From positions 1 to 23,467 of the forward strand of contig CAYXUI010000030.1 of assembly GCA_964468195.1 (NCBI GenBank): a DNA stretch of 23,467 nt, in the 5' to 3' direction. The notes under the pieces are model-generated. The model did not search any database, was not told the DNA's origin, and saw only the letters and a program-made list of their open reading frames with translations. Made by a program: the position numbers and the translations under genes. Below are positions 7,812 to 16,033 of the stretch, in pieces. Origin of the DNA: an uncultured Oscillospiraceae bacterium. GTDB taxonomy: Bacteria > Bacillota > Clostridia > Oscillospirales > Oscillospiraceae. How positions within the stretch are numbered: the first letter of the stretch is position 1; every line of letters begins with the position of its first letter.

Positions 7812-8573
7812 TTATTTACCAAGCTTACTTTTGATTTCTTCCGCCATCTCTCTGTAGGCCTTCGCTCCCCTGCTGTATTTATCATAAGCGGTCACGGGGA
7901 TCCCGTGGCTGGGGGCTTCTGCCAGGCGGACATTTCTGGGAATCACAGTGCGGAATACCTTGCCGGGGAAATGCTTGCGCACTTCCTGGGCTACCTGGGT
8001 AGAGAAATTGGTACGGCCGTCAAACATGGTCAGGGCCACCCCAAAAACCTCCAGCCGGGGATTCAGTTTCCGCTTCACCATCCGCAGGGTGTTCATCAGG
8101 TCACTCAAACCCTCCAGTGCGTAATATTCGCACTGCACCGGAATCAAAATGCCATCAGCGGCACAAAGTCCGTTCAGTGTCAGCAATTCCAAAGAGGGCG
8201 GACAGTCAATAAGAATCAGATCATATTGACTTTTTGCGCTGTACAGTGCCCTCTCCAGCTGCCGCTCCCGGTGATCGGCACCGATGAGCTCCACCGTGGC
8301 ACCGGCCAGCTCCGCCGATGATGGCAGAACATCACCGTAATCCGTGTGGATGATGGCATCTTCCAGGGCAACGCCGTTGATGGTCACATCGTAGATGCTG
8401 TAGCGGATCTTATGCTTGTCCACCCCAAGTCCGGAGGTGGCATTGGCCTGGGGGTCGAAGTCACACAGCAGTACCTTCAGTCCCAGCTCATGGAGGGCCG
8501 CCGTCAGATTCACAGCGGTGGTGGTTTTGCCCACGCCACCCTTTTGGTTGACGACTGCGATTATTTTACCCAT
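7812..8573 (-). CDS. parA: ParA/Soj chromosome partitioning ATPase
   Basis: 253 aa with the deviant Walker A motif NQKGGVGKTTTAVNL, plus DFDPQANAT and LILIDCPPSL. GGAGAG RBS upstream. Confidence 0.96.
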   Translation of the reverse strand: MGKIIAVVNQKGGVGKTTTAVNLTAALHELGLKVLLCDFDPQANATSGLGVDKHKIRYSIYDVTINGVALEDAIIHTDYGDVLPSSAELAGATVELIGADHRERQLERALYSAKSQYDLILIDCPPSLELLTLNGLCAADGILIPVQCEYYALEGLSDLMNTLRMVKRKLNPRLEVFGVALTMFDGRTNFSTQVAQEVRKHFPGKVFRTVIPRNVRLAEAPSHGIPVTAYDKYSRGAKAYREMAEEIKSKLGK

Positions 8574-8599
8574 AGGCTCTCCTTTTCTTTCTTTTTCTA

Positions 8600-8615
8600 T
8601 GTTTCACGTGAAACA
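8600..8615. promoter_or_regulatory. parS site 1 (perfect 16-bp palindrome TGTTTCACGTGAAACA)
   Basis: Exact match to the Firmicute parS consensus TGTTNCACGTGAAACA, 27 nt upstream of the parA start. Confidence 0.9.
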
Positions 8616-8638
8616 TGGGTGTTTGCGTTTTCTATGAC

Positions 8639-8654
8639 TGTTTCACGTGAAACA
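8639..8654. promoter_or_regulatory. parS site 2 (perfect 16-bp palindrome TGTTTCACGTGAAACA)
   Basis: A second exact copy, 39 bp centre-to-centre from site 1. On the + strand both sites are preceded by a TTCTATG-type flank. Confidence 0.9.
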
Positions 8655-8655
8655 A

Positions 8656-9009
8656 TCAATTTCCCGCAGAGGGTTCCGAAGTAGCGGTGATGGTGGTATA
8701 ATTCTGGCCAATTTTCTTTTGTCCCTCTTTCCAGTGCTGGTAAGTGGGAACCGCCAGAGCCGCTGCCAAAATGGATACCAAAATCAGGGACAGCCACAGG
8801 GTCCGCACCTGTTTTTTCAGTTTTTCCACCTGTTCTTCCGGGGAAATGGTCTTTTTGCGGCTGACTTTCTTTACAGCAGTGACTTCTTTTCTGCCAGGAA
8901 GCTGAACCACCGTCCCCGGACGTACCGGATAACGCTGCATTTCCAGTTGACATTCCATGCAAAAAACCTGCTCATCTTTCGTCTCCCGGCCACATTTGAT
9001 GCAGTTCAG
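8656..9009 (-). CDS. Zinc-ribbon plus single-pass membrane protein (hypothetical); probable non-canonical CTG start at 9007-9009. The ORF-track ATG is at 8958.
   Basis: The frame stays open upstream of ATG 8958 and encodes NCIKCGRETKDEQVFCMECQ, a CxxC-x10-CxxC zinc ribbon that the ATG splits in half. There is no ATG, GTG or TTG in that extension. The CTG is preceded by AAAGGCGGTGA. TM helix: LWLSLILVSILAAALAVPTY. Confidence 0.55.
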   Translation of the reverse strand: MNCIKCGRETKDEQVFCMECQLEMQRYPVRPGTVVQLPGRKEVTAVKKVSRKKTISPEEQVEKLKKQVRTLWLSLILVSILAAALAVPTYQHWKEGQKKIGQNYTTITATSEPSAGN

Positions 9010-9185
9010 AAAATCACCGCCTTTCTTAAAACTATCTACTATTGTACAACAGTTTTCCCGTTTCGTAAAGAGGAAAAGTGAAAATAAATCATTGTGTTAT
9101 GTTAATCGAGGTTAGTCAGAAGTTAATATAAATGTTGCAAATCAACACCAAAACTTCTAACTTCTCATTTCTAACTCCTCAATAC

Positions 9186-9222
9186 AAAAAATTCCGGTGC
9201 TTTACAGCACCGGAATTTTTTT
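9186..9222 (-). terminator. Intrinsic (bidirectional) terminator of the nucleotidyltransferase gene
   Basis: 10-bp stem ATTCCGGTGC/GCACCGGAAT (9191-9216), 6-nt loop, flanked by A5 and T6 runs. Confidence 0.85.
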
Positions 9223-9225
9223 ACA

Positions 9226-10149
9226 TTACTTCCACAGTCCGTCAGGATACAGTCCCTTTTCGGTCATGCTCTTCAGGGCTTCCACCACCACGGGCTTATC
9301 GGCAGCATAGGTCACGCCATACCAGCGGTCTTTGGAGGACAGCACCTTAATACTGGCGCTGCCGGTTTCGATCATATGGGTGATTGGCAGAGCCAGATAG
9401 TACTCGCACTTCAGGGGATTTTTAGGAAGGTATGCATCCAGATAAGCGGAGAACTGATCGTGAATCTCCTGAAGGAAGGAAGGCATGAAGCCCCACATAT
9501 TCATGGAAACGATGGTCTTCTCCCCTACATCGGTCCAGCTCTGGCCGCCGTCCTCGGTAAAGTGGATGCCGCCTGCATAGGTCTCGATCTGGGTCCGCTC
9601 AGTGATCTCCGTCAGCATGCCATTATCGTTGGTGACGCAAATGCCCCGGGCCACAGAGCCGTTTTCGGTAACGGTCTTACCGAGTTCGTAACCCACCATG
9701 CAGTAGCCGTAGGGATCGGTACAGGTAGACAGATGCTCGTAAATGGTCTTGAAGGCTTTCTTGCCATAGTAGTCATCGGCATTAATGACGGCAAAAGGCG
9801 CACCATCGATGGCATCAGCCGCACAGAGAACCGCATGGCTGGTACCCCAGGGTTTGGTACGGCCTTCGGGAACGGTGTAGCCTTCCGGCAGGACGTTCAG
9901 TTCCTGATAAGCATAACGCACTTCCACGGGAGCCTTGGAAAGTCTTGCACCAACGGTATCCATAAAGTCCTTCTTGATGGCTTCCTTGATGATGATGACC
10001 ACAGTCTCAAATCCGGCCTGATGGGCATCATAAATGGAATAGTCCAGAATGGCCTCCCCCTGGCTGCCCACGGGATCAATCTGTTTTAAGCCACCATAAC
10101 GGCTGCCCATACCGGCTGCCATGACCACAAGAACAGGTTTCTTTGCCAT
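9226..10149 (-). CDS. Sugar-phosphate nucleotidyltransferase family protein (NTP_transferase fold); substrate unknown
   Basis: 307 aa. N-terminal nucleotide-binding signature VVMAAGMGSRYGGLKQ, then KPWGTSHAV and VINADDYYG. AAAGGAGA RBS upstream. Confidence 0.8.
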   Translation of the reverse strand: MAKKPVLVVMAAGMGSRYGGLKQIDPVGSQGEAILDYSIYDAHQAGFETVVIIIKEAIKKDFMDTVGARLSKAPVEVRYAYQELNVLPEGYTVPEGRTKPWGTSHAVLCAADAIDGAPFAVINADDYYGKKAFKTIYEHLSTCTDPYGYCMVGYELGKTVTENGSVARGICVTNDNGMLTEITERTQIETYAGGIHFTEDGGQSWTDVGEKTIVSMNMWGFMPSFLQEIHDQFSAYLDAYLPKNPLKCEYYLALPITHMIETGSASIKVLSSKDRWYGVTYAADKPVVVEALKSMTEKGLYPDGLWK

Positions 10150-10194
10150 AACAAATATATCTCCTTTGGTTGTTGTCGGTTAATGTCTGAACAT

Positions 10195-10223
10195 AGTATA
10201 AACCATACACAAAAAGAAAGCAA
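10195..10223 (-). promoter_or_regulatory. Candidate promoter for the nucleotidyltransferase gene
   Basis: On the minus strand: TTGCTT (10218-10223), 17-nt spacer, TATACT (10195-10200). Confidence 0.45.
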
Positions 10224-10289
10224 GAGTGAATCCTGCTTTTTGTGCAAATTATCAAATTCAAAATTGGATGGGATACGAGAACTGCCTTG

Positions 10290-10395
10290 CCTCCCTCTTT
10301 AAGGGAGGTGCCCCCGAAGGGGGCGGAGGGAGTGTTCTAAAAACGAGAGGACACTCCCCCAGTCAGCTTCGCTGACAGCCCCCTCAGGGAGGGGG
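10290..10395 (+). repeat. R3 GC-rich multi-hairpin intergenic repeat, copy 2
   Basis: CCTCCC...GGGAGG (10290-10308); GCCCCC-GAA-GGGGGC (10310-10324); long-range stem GGGAGTGT (10328-10335) with ACACTCCC (10351-10358); GTCAGC-TTC-GCTGAC (10362-10376); CCCCCTC...GAGGGGG (10379-10395). The module order is the same as in 21967-22125. Confidence 0.75.
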
Positions 10396-10448
10396 CCAAG
10401 GGGTACAGTGTAGCCCGTCATAAAATTACCGTATAGTAGGTACGCAGA

Positions 10449-10691
10449 TCATTTCAGTCTCCGTTCCAGCGTCACCGCATTCAAGCTGGTCAGATAGACC
10501 CGGTTAAAGCCGTATTCACTGGTGAGAACAAAGCTTTTCGGCAGATCATCACAGGGCACGACCTCCCCTTCCCTCTCCGCCTGTTCCAGAAATTCCCGGG
10601 TGCGTTTGGAGGTAGAGGTGTTGTCCAGATCAAAGATGCCAATAATACTCCGGTCCCGCACCGCCATGTCATTTCCTATGGATAAGTACAT
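10449..10691 (-). CDS. DUF370 protein, RemB/YaaB-like (RemA/RemB extracellular-matrix regulator family)
   Basis: 80 aa. MYLSIGNDMAVRDRSIIGIFDLDN...PKSFVLTS...VYLTSLNAVTLERR is collinear with B. subtilis YaaB/RemB (MYIHLGDDFVV..DIVGIFD...) as I recall it. Confidence 0.75.
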   Translation of the reverse strand: MYLSIGNDMAVRDRSIIGIFDLDNTSTSKRTREFLEQAEREGEVVPCDDLPKSFVLTSEYGFNRVYLTSLNAVTLERRLK

Positions 10692-10711
10692 AAAACACCT
10701 CCAAATAACGC

Positions 10712-10822
10712 TGTCATCTTGAGCGAGCGAAGCGAGTCGAAAGATCTACGCACTAAATTGACTGCATATATCACAAAAGTGCGTAGATCCCTCCACTCGC
10801 TTACGCTCGGTCGGGATGGCAA
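10712..10822. repeat. R4 long imperfect hairpin repeat, copy 1
   Basis: Left arm TGTCATCTTGAGCGAGCGAAGCGAGTCGAAAGATCTACGCAC. The right arm reverse-complements to TTGCCATCCCGACCGAGCGTAAGCGAGTGGAGGGATCTACGCAC. The loop is about 25 nt. Arms match those of the copy at 18986-19098. Confidence 0.8.
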
Positions 10823-10824
10823 CT

Positions 10825-11262
10825 TTACTTAAGTTTCTTCCATTCCACTACCGCCAGTTCATCACAGCGGTTATTCTTGGGATTGGTGGCGTGCCCCTTT
10901 ACCCAGTGGTAACTTACCTTGTGCTTCATAGTTAAGCTAAGCAATTCCTCCCAGAGATCCGGGTTCAGGGCGGGCTTTTTATCGGACTTGATCCAGCCCT
11001 TTTTCTTCCAGCCCCAGGCCCAGCCCTTTTCCAGTGCGTCAATGACGTACTTGCTGTCGGAGTAAAGCTCTACAATGCAGGGCTCTTTCAGAGCTTTCAA
11101 TCCTTCAATAACGGCTGTCAGCTCCATCCGGTTATTGGTGGTCTTGGCCTCGCCGCCGGAGAGTTCCTTTTCCACGCCGTTAAATTCCAGGATGGCACCC
11201 CAGCCACCGGGGCCGGGGTTACCGGAACAGGCACCGTCGGTGTACAGCGTCACGGTTTTCAT
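10825..11262 (-). CDS. rnhA: Ribonuclease HI
   Basis: 145 aa: [44 protein letters not shown] (the DEDD catalytic pattern). The start ATG overlaps the gyrA stop (ATGA, 11259-11262). Confidence 0.95.
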   Translation of the reverse strand: MKTVTLYTDGACSGNPGPGGWGAILEFNGVEKELSGGEAKTTNNRMELTAVIEGLKALKEPCIVELYSDSKYVIDALEKGWAWGWKKKGWIKSDKKPALNPDLWEELLSLTMKHKVSYHWVKGHATNPKNNRCDELAVVEWKKLK

Positions 11263-13760
11263 GCCTGCTCATTCTCCTCGATATTTTCCACCCGCTCCAG
11301 AGAGACCACCTGATTGCCCTCTTCGATGCGCATGACGATGACGCCCTGCACATCCCGCTTGTAAATGTTGATGGAAGATGCGGGGATGCGGATGATGACG
11401 CCGCCGTTTTCAATGACCATCACATCGTCATTTTCTGCCACGGCGCAGCAACCGGCCACCTTGCCGGTCTTGGTGGTGATGTTGTAGTTCTTCAAACCCT
11501 TACCACCACGGCTCTGGGGTACCTTGGTGCCGTCGGGGCCGGTGCGGAGGTATTCGCTGAGCTCGGTACGCTTACCGTAACCGTTGACGGTAACGGTGAG
11601 CAGGGTCTTCCCTTCTTCGGCCTTCTCGGCACCCACCACGAAATCGTCACCGGTGAGCTGGATGCCCCGGACACCGGCAGCATCACGACCCATGCACCGC
11701 ACGTCATTTTCGTTGAAGCAGATGGCCATACCGTTGGCAGTAGCCAGAACGATATTGTCATTGCCATTGGTGCGGATGACGTTGACCAGATGATCTCCCT
11801 CTTCCAGGGTAATGGCCCGGATACCGGCCTTCCGGTTGGTTTTCAGAGAGATAAAGGGCAGACGCTTCACAGTACCCTTCTCCGTTACCATCATCAGGAA
11901 TTCTTCATCGTCAAACTCCCGGGTAATGACCATGGCAGTGACATTTTCGCCGGGTTCCAGGGGCAGGACGTTAACAATGGCAGTGCCTCTTGCAGTGCGT
12001 CCGGCTTCGGGGATCTGGTAGCCCTTCCGGTGATGGACACGGCCAAGGTCGGTGAAGAACAGCATATGATCGTGGGTAGAAGCGATATTCAGGGACTTGA
12101 CATAGTCCTCGTCCTTCAGATTCTGAGCGCTGACACCACGTCCACCACGGCTCTGGGTCCGGTAGGTATCCACGGGCATCCGCTTGATGTAGCCCTGATT
12201 GGACAGAGTGAAGGCGCAGGTCTCCTCTTCAATCAGGTCTTCAATGTCCAGCTCGTCCTCGATTTCCTGAATTTCGGTCTTCCGATCGTCGCCGAACTTG
12301 TCCCGGATGGCGATGAGCTCTTCCCGGAGGAGCGCCTTCATCTTTTCGGGGTCGGCCAGCAGTTCCAGATAGTAGTTGATCCGCTCCATGAGTTCATCGT
12401 ACTCATTTTGCAGCTTTTCCCGATCCAGACCCTGCAAAGCTTTCAGCCGCATGTCCAGAATGGCCTGAGCCTGGACATCATCCAGATTGAACCGTTCCAT
12501 CAGTTTCTGCTTGGCATCGTCATAGGCAGAGCGGATGATGTGAATGACTTCGTCAATGTTATCCTGAGCGATCAGCAGACCTTCCAGCAAATGGGCACGC
12601 TCTCTGGCCTTTTTCAGGTCATACTGGGTGCGCCGGGTCAGAATTTCATTCTGGTGAGCCAGATATTCGTCCAGAATCTGCCGCAGAGACAGAATTTTTG
12701 GCTGCTTCTGGTCGTCCACCAGTGCCAGCATGATAATGCCGAAGCTACTCTGCAAAGCAGTCTGCTTGAAGAGGTTATTCAGCACCACCTGGGGATTGGC
12801 ATCCTTTTTCAGTTCGATGACCATCCGCATACCGTTGCGGTCAGTTTCGTCTCTCAGGTCGGAAATGCCGTCCAAACGCTTGTCCTTCACCTGCTCGGCG
12901 ATGTTCTTGATGAGCTGACGCTTGTTGACCTGATAGGGCAGTTCGGTGACGATGATCCGGGTGCGATCCTTGCCAAATTCCTCAAATTCCGTTCTGGCAC
13001 GGACCACCACCTTGCCACGGCCGGTGGCATAAGCCGCCCGAATGCCGCTTCTGCCCATGATGATACCGCCGGTGGGGAAATCCGGGCCGGAGATATGCTC
13101 CATCAGATCGGACAGCCCGCATTCCGGGTCATCCAGCACGCAGACGCAGGCATTGATGACCTCCACCAGATTGTGGGGCGGAATGTTGGTAGCCATACCA
13201 ACGGCGATACCGGAAGAACCGTTCACCAGCAAATTGGGGAACCGGGAAGGCAGAACCCGGGGTTCTTTCCGGCTCTCGTCAAAGTTGGGATCCCAGTTGA
13301 CGGTGTCCTTGTCGATGTCCCGGAGCATTTCGTTGGAAAGCTTGGAAAGTCTGGCCTCGGTGTAACGGTAAGCAGCCGGGGGGTCACCATCCACGGAACC
13401 AAAGTTACCGTGGCCATCCACCAGCATATAGCGCATGGAGAAATTCTGGGCCAGACGCACCATGGCATCGTAAACGGAAGCATCACCATGGGGGTGATAC
13501 TTACCCAGCACGTCACCGACACAGGTGGCCGATTTCTTAAAGGGTTTGTCGGAAGTCAGGCCGCTTTCGTACATGGTGTACAGGATTCGGCGATGGACAG
13601 GCTTCAAGCCGTCCCGAACATCCGGCAGCGCCCGCCCGACAATAACGGACATGGCGTATTCAATGTAGGATTTCTCCATCTCATCCACCAGGTTGCTCTC
13701 GGTAATTACCTGGTCGGGAAAGAGAATATCCTCCGGTTTATAACTGCGGTTATGTGCCAT
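11259..13760 (-). CDS. gyrA: DNA gyrase subunit A
   Basis: [38 protein letters not shown], the AYRYTE active-site Tyr motif, and a C-terminal beta-pinwheel repeat region. The ORF opens at 13784, but ATG 13758-13760 has a GGAGGTG RBS 4 nt upstream ([10 protein letters not shown]...). Confidence 0.97.
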   Translation of the reverse strand: MAHNRSYKPEDILFPDQVITESNLVDEMEKSYIEYAMSVIVGRALPDVRDGLKPVHRRILYTMYESGLTSDKPFKKSATCVGDVLGKYHPHGDASVYDAMVRLAQNFSMRYMLVDGHGNFGSVDGDPPAAYRYTEARLSKLSNEMLRDIDKDTVNWDPNFDESRKEPRVLPSRFPNLLVNGSSGIAVGMATNIPPHNLVEVINACVCVLDDPECGLSDLMEHISGPDFPTGGIIMGRSGIRAAYATGRGKVVVRARTEFEEFGKDRTRIIVTELPYQVNKRQLIKNIAEQVKDKRLDGISDLRDETDRNGMRMVIELKKDANPQVVLNNLFKQTALQSSFGIIMLALVDDQKQPKILSLRQILDEYLAHQNEILTRRTQYDLKKARERAHLLEGLLIAQDNIDEVIHIIRSAYDDAKQKLMERFNLDDVQAQAILDMRLKALQGLDREKLQNEYDELMERINYYLELLADPEKMKALLREELIAIRDKFGDDRKTEIQEIEDELDIEDLIEEETCAFTLSNQGYIKRMPVDTYRTQSRGGRGVSAQNLKDEDYVKSLNIASTHDHMLFFTDLGRVHHRKGYQIPEAGRTARGTAIVNVLPLEPGENVTAMVITREFDDEEFLMMVTEKGTVKRLPFISLKTNRKAGIRAITLEEGDHLVNVIRTNGNDNIVLATANGMAICFNENDVRCMGRDAAGVRGIQLTGDDFVVGAEKAEEGKTLLTVTVNGYGKRTELSEYLRTGPDGTKVPQSRGGKGLKNYNITTKTGKVAGCCAVAENDDVMVIENGGVIIRIPASSINIYKRDVQGVIVMRIEEGNQVVSLERVENIEENEQA

Positions 13761-13789
13761 AAAGCACCTCCAATAATATATCAACGCAA

Positions 13790-13923
13790 TCGTAGGGCGG
13801 GGGCATGCCCCCGCCGCTCTGTTTCCAAAACAAAGCGGTTTCGATTATTTGGAACGCACTGCAAATAAAAAAGAATGAAATAATTTGGTACCCGGTCGAC
13901 GGGGGCATGCCCCCGCCCTACGA
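13790..13923. repeat. R1 REPIN-like doublet, copy B (gyrB-gyrA spacer)
   Basis: TCGTAGGGCGGGGGCATGCCCCCGCCGC (13790-13817), an AT-rich spacer, then GGTCGACGGGGGCATGCCCCCGCCCTACGA (13894-13923). Confidence 0.92.
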
Positions 13924-13931
13924 TACAAAAA

Positions 13932-15857
13932 TCAGATGTCAATATTCACCGCATACTTGGCGTTTCGTTCGATCCATTCTTTTCTGGGTTCTACCTGTTC
14001 GCCCATGAGGACGGTGAAAATGGCATCGGCACGGCGAGCATCTTCCAAAGTGATCCGGCGGAGGGTACGCTTTTCGGGATCCATGGTGGTCTCCCACAGT
14101 TCGTGGGGGTCCATTTCGCCCAGACCCTTGAACCGGCTGATGTCCACCTTGGCGCCGCTTTCGCCACGCATTTCGGCAGAAACCTGATCTCTTTCTTCGT
14201 CAGAGTAGGCAACCCGCTCCTGCTTGCCCTTTTTCAGCTTGTAAAGGGGCGGCACGGCGGAATAGACGTAGCCATTTTCGATCAGGGGCCGCATATAGCG
14301 GAAGAAGAAGGTCAGAAGCAGGGTGCGGATATGCGCACCGTCCACGTCCGCATCGGACATGATGATGACTTTGTGATAGCGGAGTTTCTCGATATCAAAT
14401 TCGTCTCCGATGCCGGCGCCCAGTGCCACGATCAGGGGGTAGAGCTTATCGTTTCCGTAGATCTTGTCGGCTCTGGCCTTCTCCACGTTGAGCATTTTAC
14501 CCCACATGGCGAGGATTGCCTGGAACCGGGAGTCACGACCCTGAATGGCGGAGCCCGCAGCGGAGTCACCCTCGACGATGTAAATTTCGCACAGGGAAGC
14601 GTCCCGCTCGTTGCAGTCCTGAAGCTTATCGGGCATCTGGCCGGATTCCAGTCCCGTCTTCCGACGAATGGATTCTCTTGCCTTCCGGGCAGCTTCTCTG
14701 GCCCGGTTTGCCATCATGGCCTTTTCCAGAATGGCCTTGGCGGTGGCAGGATGCTCTTCAAAGTATTCCGTCAGCTGCTCGTTAACGATCTGGTCAACCA
14801 AAGTACGGATGTAGGCGTTGCCCAATTTTGCCTTGGTCTGGCCTTCAAACTGGGCATCTGTCAGCTTAACGGAGATAATGGCGGTAATACCTTCCCGGCA
14901 GTCTTCGCCGGAAACTTTGTCGTCGCCTTTGATGATGCCGTTTTTCACGCCGTAGGCATTGAGCACACGGGTCAGGGCGGTCTTGAAGCCCGTCTCGTGC
15001 ATACCGCCTTCCGGTGTGCGGACATCGTTGGCAAAGCTCAGCATAAATTCGTTGTAGCCGTCGTTATACTGGATAGCCACTTCCGCGGAAGCGTCCCCCT
15101 TGGTGCCGTGCATGTAGACGATGTCCTCATGGAGGGCCGTCTTGTTCCGGTTGCACCACACAGCAAATTCCCGGATACCGCCTTCATAGCACATGGTCTC
15201 GGAAATGGGTTCTTCTCCCCGGGCATCGGTAATGGTGATGGAAAGACCTGCATTCAGGAAAGCTTCCTCCCGCATACGCTCGTGGAGCACTTCATAGTCA
15301 TACACCAGAGTGTCAAACATCTCCGGATCGGGCTGGAAGGTGACTTCCGTACCGTTCTTTTCGGTGTTGCCCACCACACGCATTTCCTGGGTGATGTGAC
15401 CCCGGGCGAATTTCATTTCGTGGATCTTGCCGTTCTTATGGACCCGAACGGTGAGCCACTCGGACAGGGCGTTGACGACGGATGCGCCCACGCCATGGAG
15501 GCCGCCGGAGACCTTATAGCCGCCGCCGCCGAATTTACCACCGGCATGCAACACGGTTAAAACCACTTCCAGCGCAGGCTTGCCGGTCTGGGGCTGGATA
15601 TCCACGGGGATACCACGACCATCGTCCACCACAGTGATGGAATCGCCGGGGTTGATGGTCACGGTGATGTGCTTACAGAAGCCCGCCAGAGCTTCGTCAA
15701 TGGAATTGTCCACGATCTCGTAAACCAGATGGTGCAGACCACTGGACGAGGTGGAACCGATATACATACCGGGTCTCTTCCGGACGGCTTCCAGACCCTC
15801 CAAAACCTGGATCTGAGAACCGCCGTATTCCTGTGTTACTTTCGTTTCTTCAGACAT
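13932..15857 (-). CDS. gyrB: DNA gyrase subunit B
   Basis: 641 aa: VLEGLEAVRKRPGMYIG, LHHLVYEIVDNSIDEA, GGLHGVGASVVNA, the Toprim region EIYIVEGDSAGGSA, and MSDADVDGAHI. GGAGG lies 7 nt upstream. Confidence 0.98.
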   Translation of the reverse strand: MSEETKVTQEYGGSQIQVLEGLEAVRKRPGMYIGSTSSSGLHHLVYEIVDNSIDEALAGFCKHITVTINPGDSITVVDDGRGIPVDIQPQTGKPALEVVLTVLHAGGKFGGGGYKVSGGLHGVGASVVNALSEWLTVRVHKNGKIHEMKFARGHITQEMRVVGNTEKNGTEVTFQPDPEMFDTLVYDYEVLHERMREEAFLNAGLSITITDARGEEPISETMCYEGGIREFAVWCNRNKTALHEDIVYMHGTKGDASAEVAIQYNDGYNEFMLSFANDVRTPEGGMHETGFKTALTRVLNAYGVKNGIIKGDDKVSGEDCREGITAIISVKLTDAQFEGQTKAKLGNAYIRTLVDQIVNEQLTEYFEEHPATAKAILEKAMMANRAREAARKARESIRRKTGLESGQMPDKLQDCNERDASLCEIYIVEGDSAAGSAIQGRDSRFQAILAMWGKMLNVEKARADKIYGNDKLYPLIVALGAGIGDEFDIEKLRYHKVIIMSDADVDGAHIRTLLLTFFFRYMRPLIENGYVYSAVPPLYKLKKGKQERVAYSDEERDQVSAEMRGESGAKVDISRFKGLGEMDPHELWETTMDPEKRTLRRITLEDARRADAIFTVLMGEQVEPRKEWIERNAKYAVNIDI

Positions 15858-15921
15858 TCATTGTCCTCCTATCGTTACCAAACCGCATGATGTTGTGACG
15901 CTGTAAATAATTCACGCGGGT

Positions 15922-16033
15922 TCGTAGGGCGGGGGCATGCCCCCGCCGCCCCACGTCCGGAATAAATGTTTTTCCAAAAACCGGACGGCAAAAATGGATA
16001 CCTGGTCGGCGGAGTCATGACTCCGCCCTACGA
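15922..16033. repeat. R1 REPIN-like doublet, copy C (recF-gyrB spacer; overlaps the recF 3' end)
   Basis: TCGTAGGGCGGGGGCATGCCCCCGCCGC (15922-15949), a spacer, then GGTCGGCGGAGTCATGACTCCGCCCTACGA (16004-16033). The right-hand palindrome has two compensated changes. Confidence 0.92.

Noticed and set aside
8597-8962. 121-aa minus-strand ORF in an alternative frame over the zinc-ribbon gene and the parS sites.
   Set aside because: It runs through both parS palindromes, has a Gly/Ser/His-rich low-complexity translation and lacks an RBS. The overlapping frame, with a zinc ribbon and a TM helix, is the more plausible gene.
13761-13784. N-terminal extensions offered by the ORF track for gyrA (MIYYWRCF), dnaA (MGFQIRERSRN, 20420-20452), dnaN (MT, 18699-18704) and yitT (MGVRGSI, 20988-21008).
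   Set aside because: The internal ATGs have properly spaced Shine-Dalgarno sequences and give N-termini that match the conserved starts of these families. The extensions do not.
11790-13868. 692-aa plus-strand ORF. Similar long ORFs occur at 14103-15560, 19010-20464, 17838-18755, 3747-4754, 6083-6790, 9376-10089, 1110-1826, 2200-3003, 21072-21884 and 4879-5451.
   Set aside because: Each lies antisense to a confidently identified housekeeping gene (gyrA, gyrB, dnaA, dnaN, the oxidoreductase, serS, the nucleotidyltransferase, xpt, gluQ, yitT, mscL). Their translations are Gly/Val/His/Asp/Leu-rich with no recognisable motifs and no RBS. Stop-free antisense frames are expected for high-GC3 genes.
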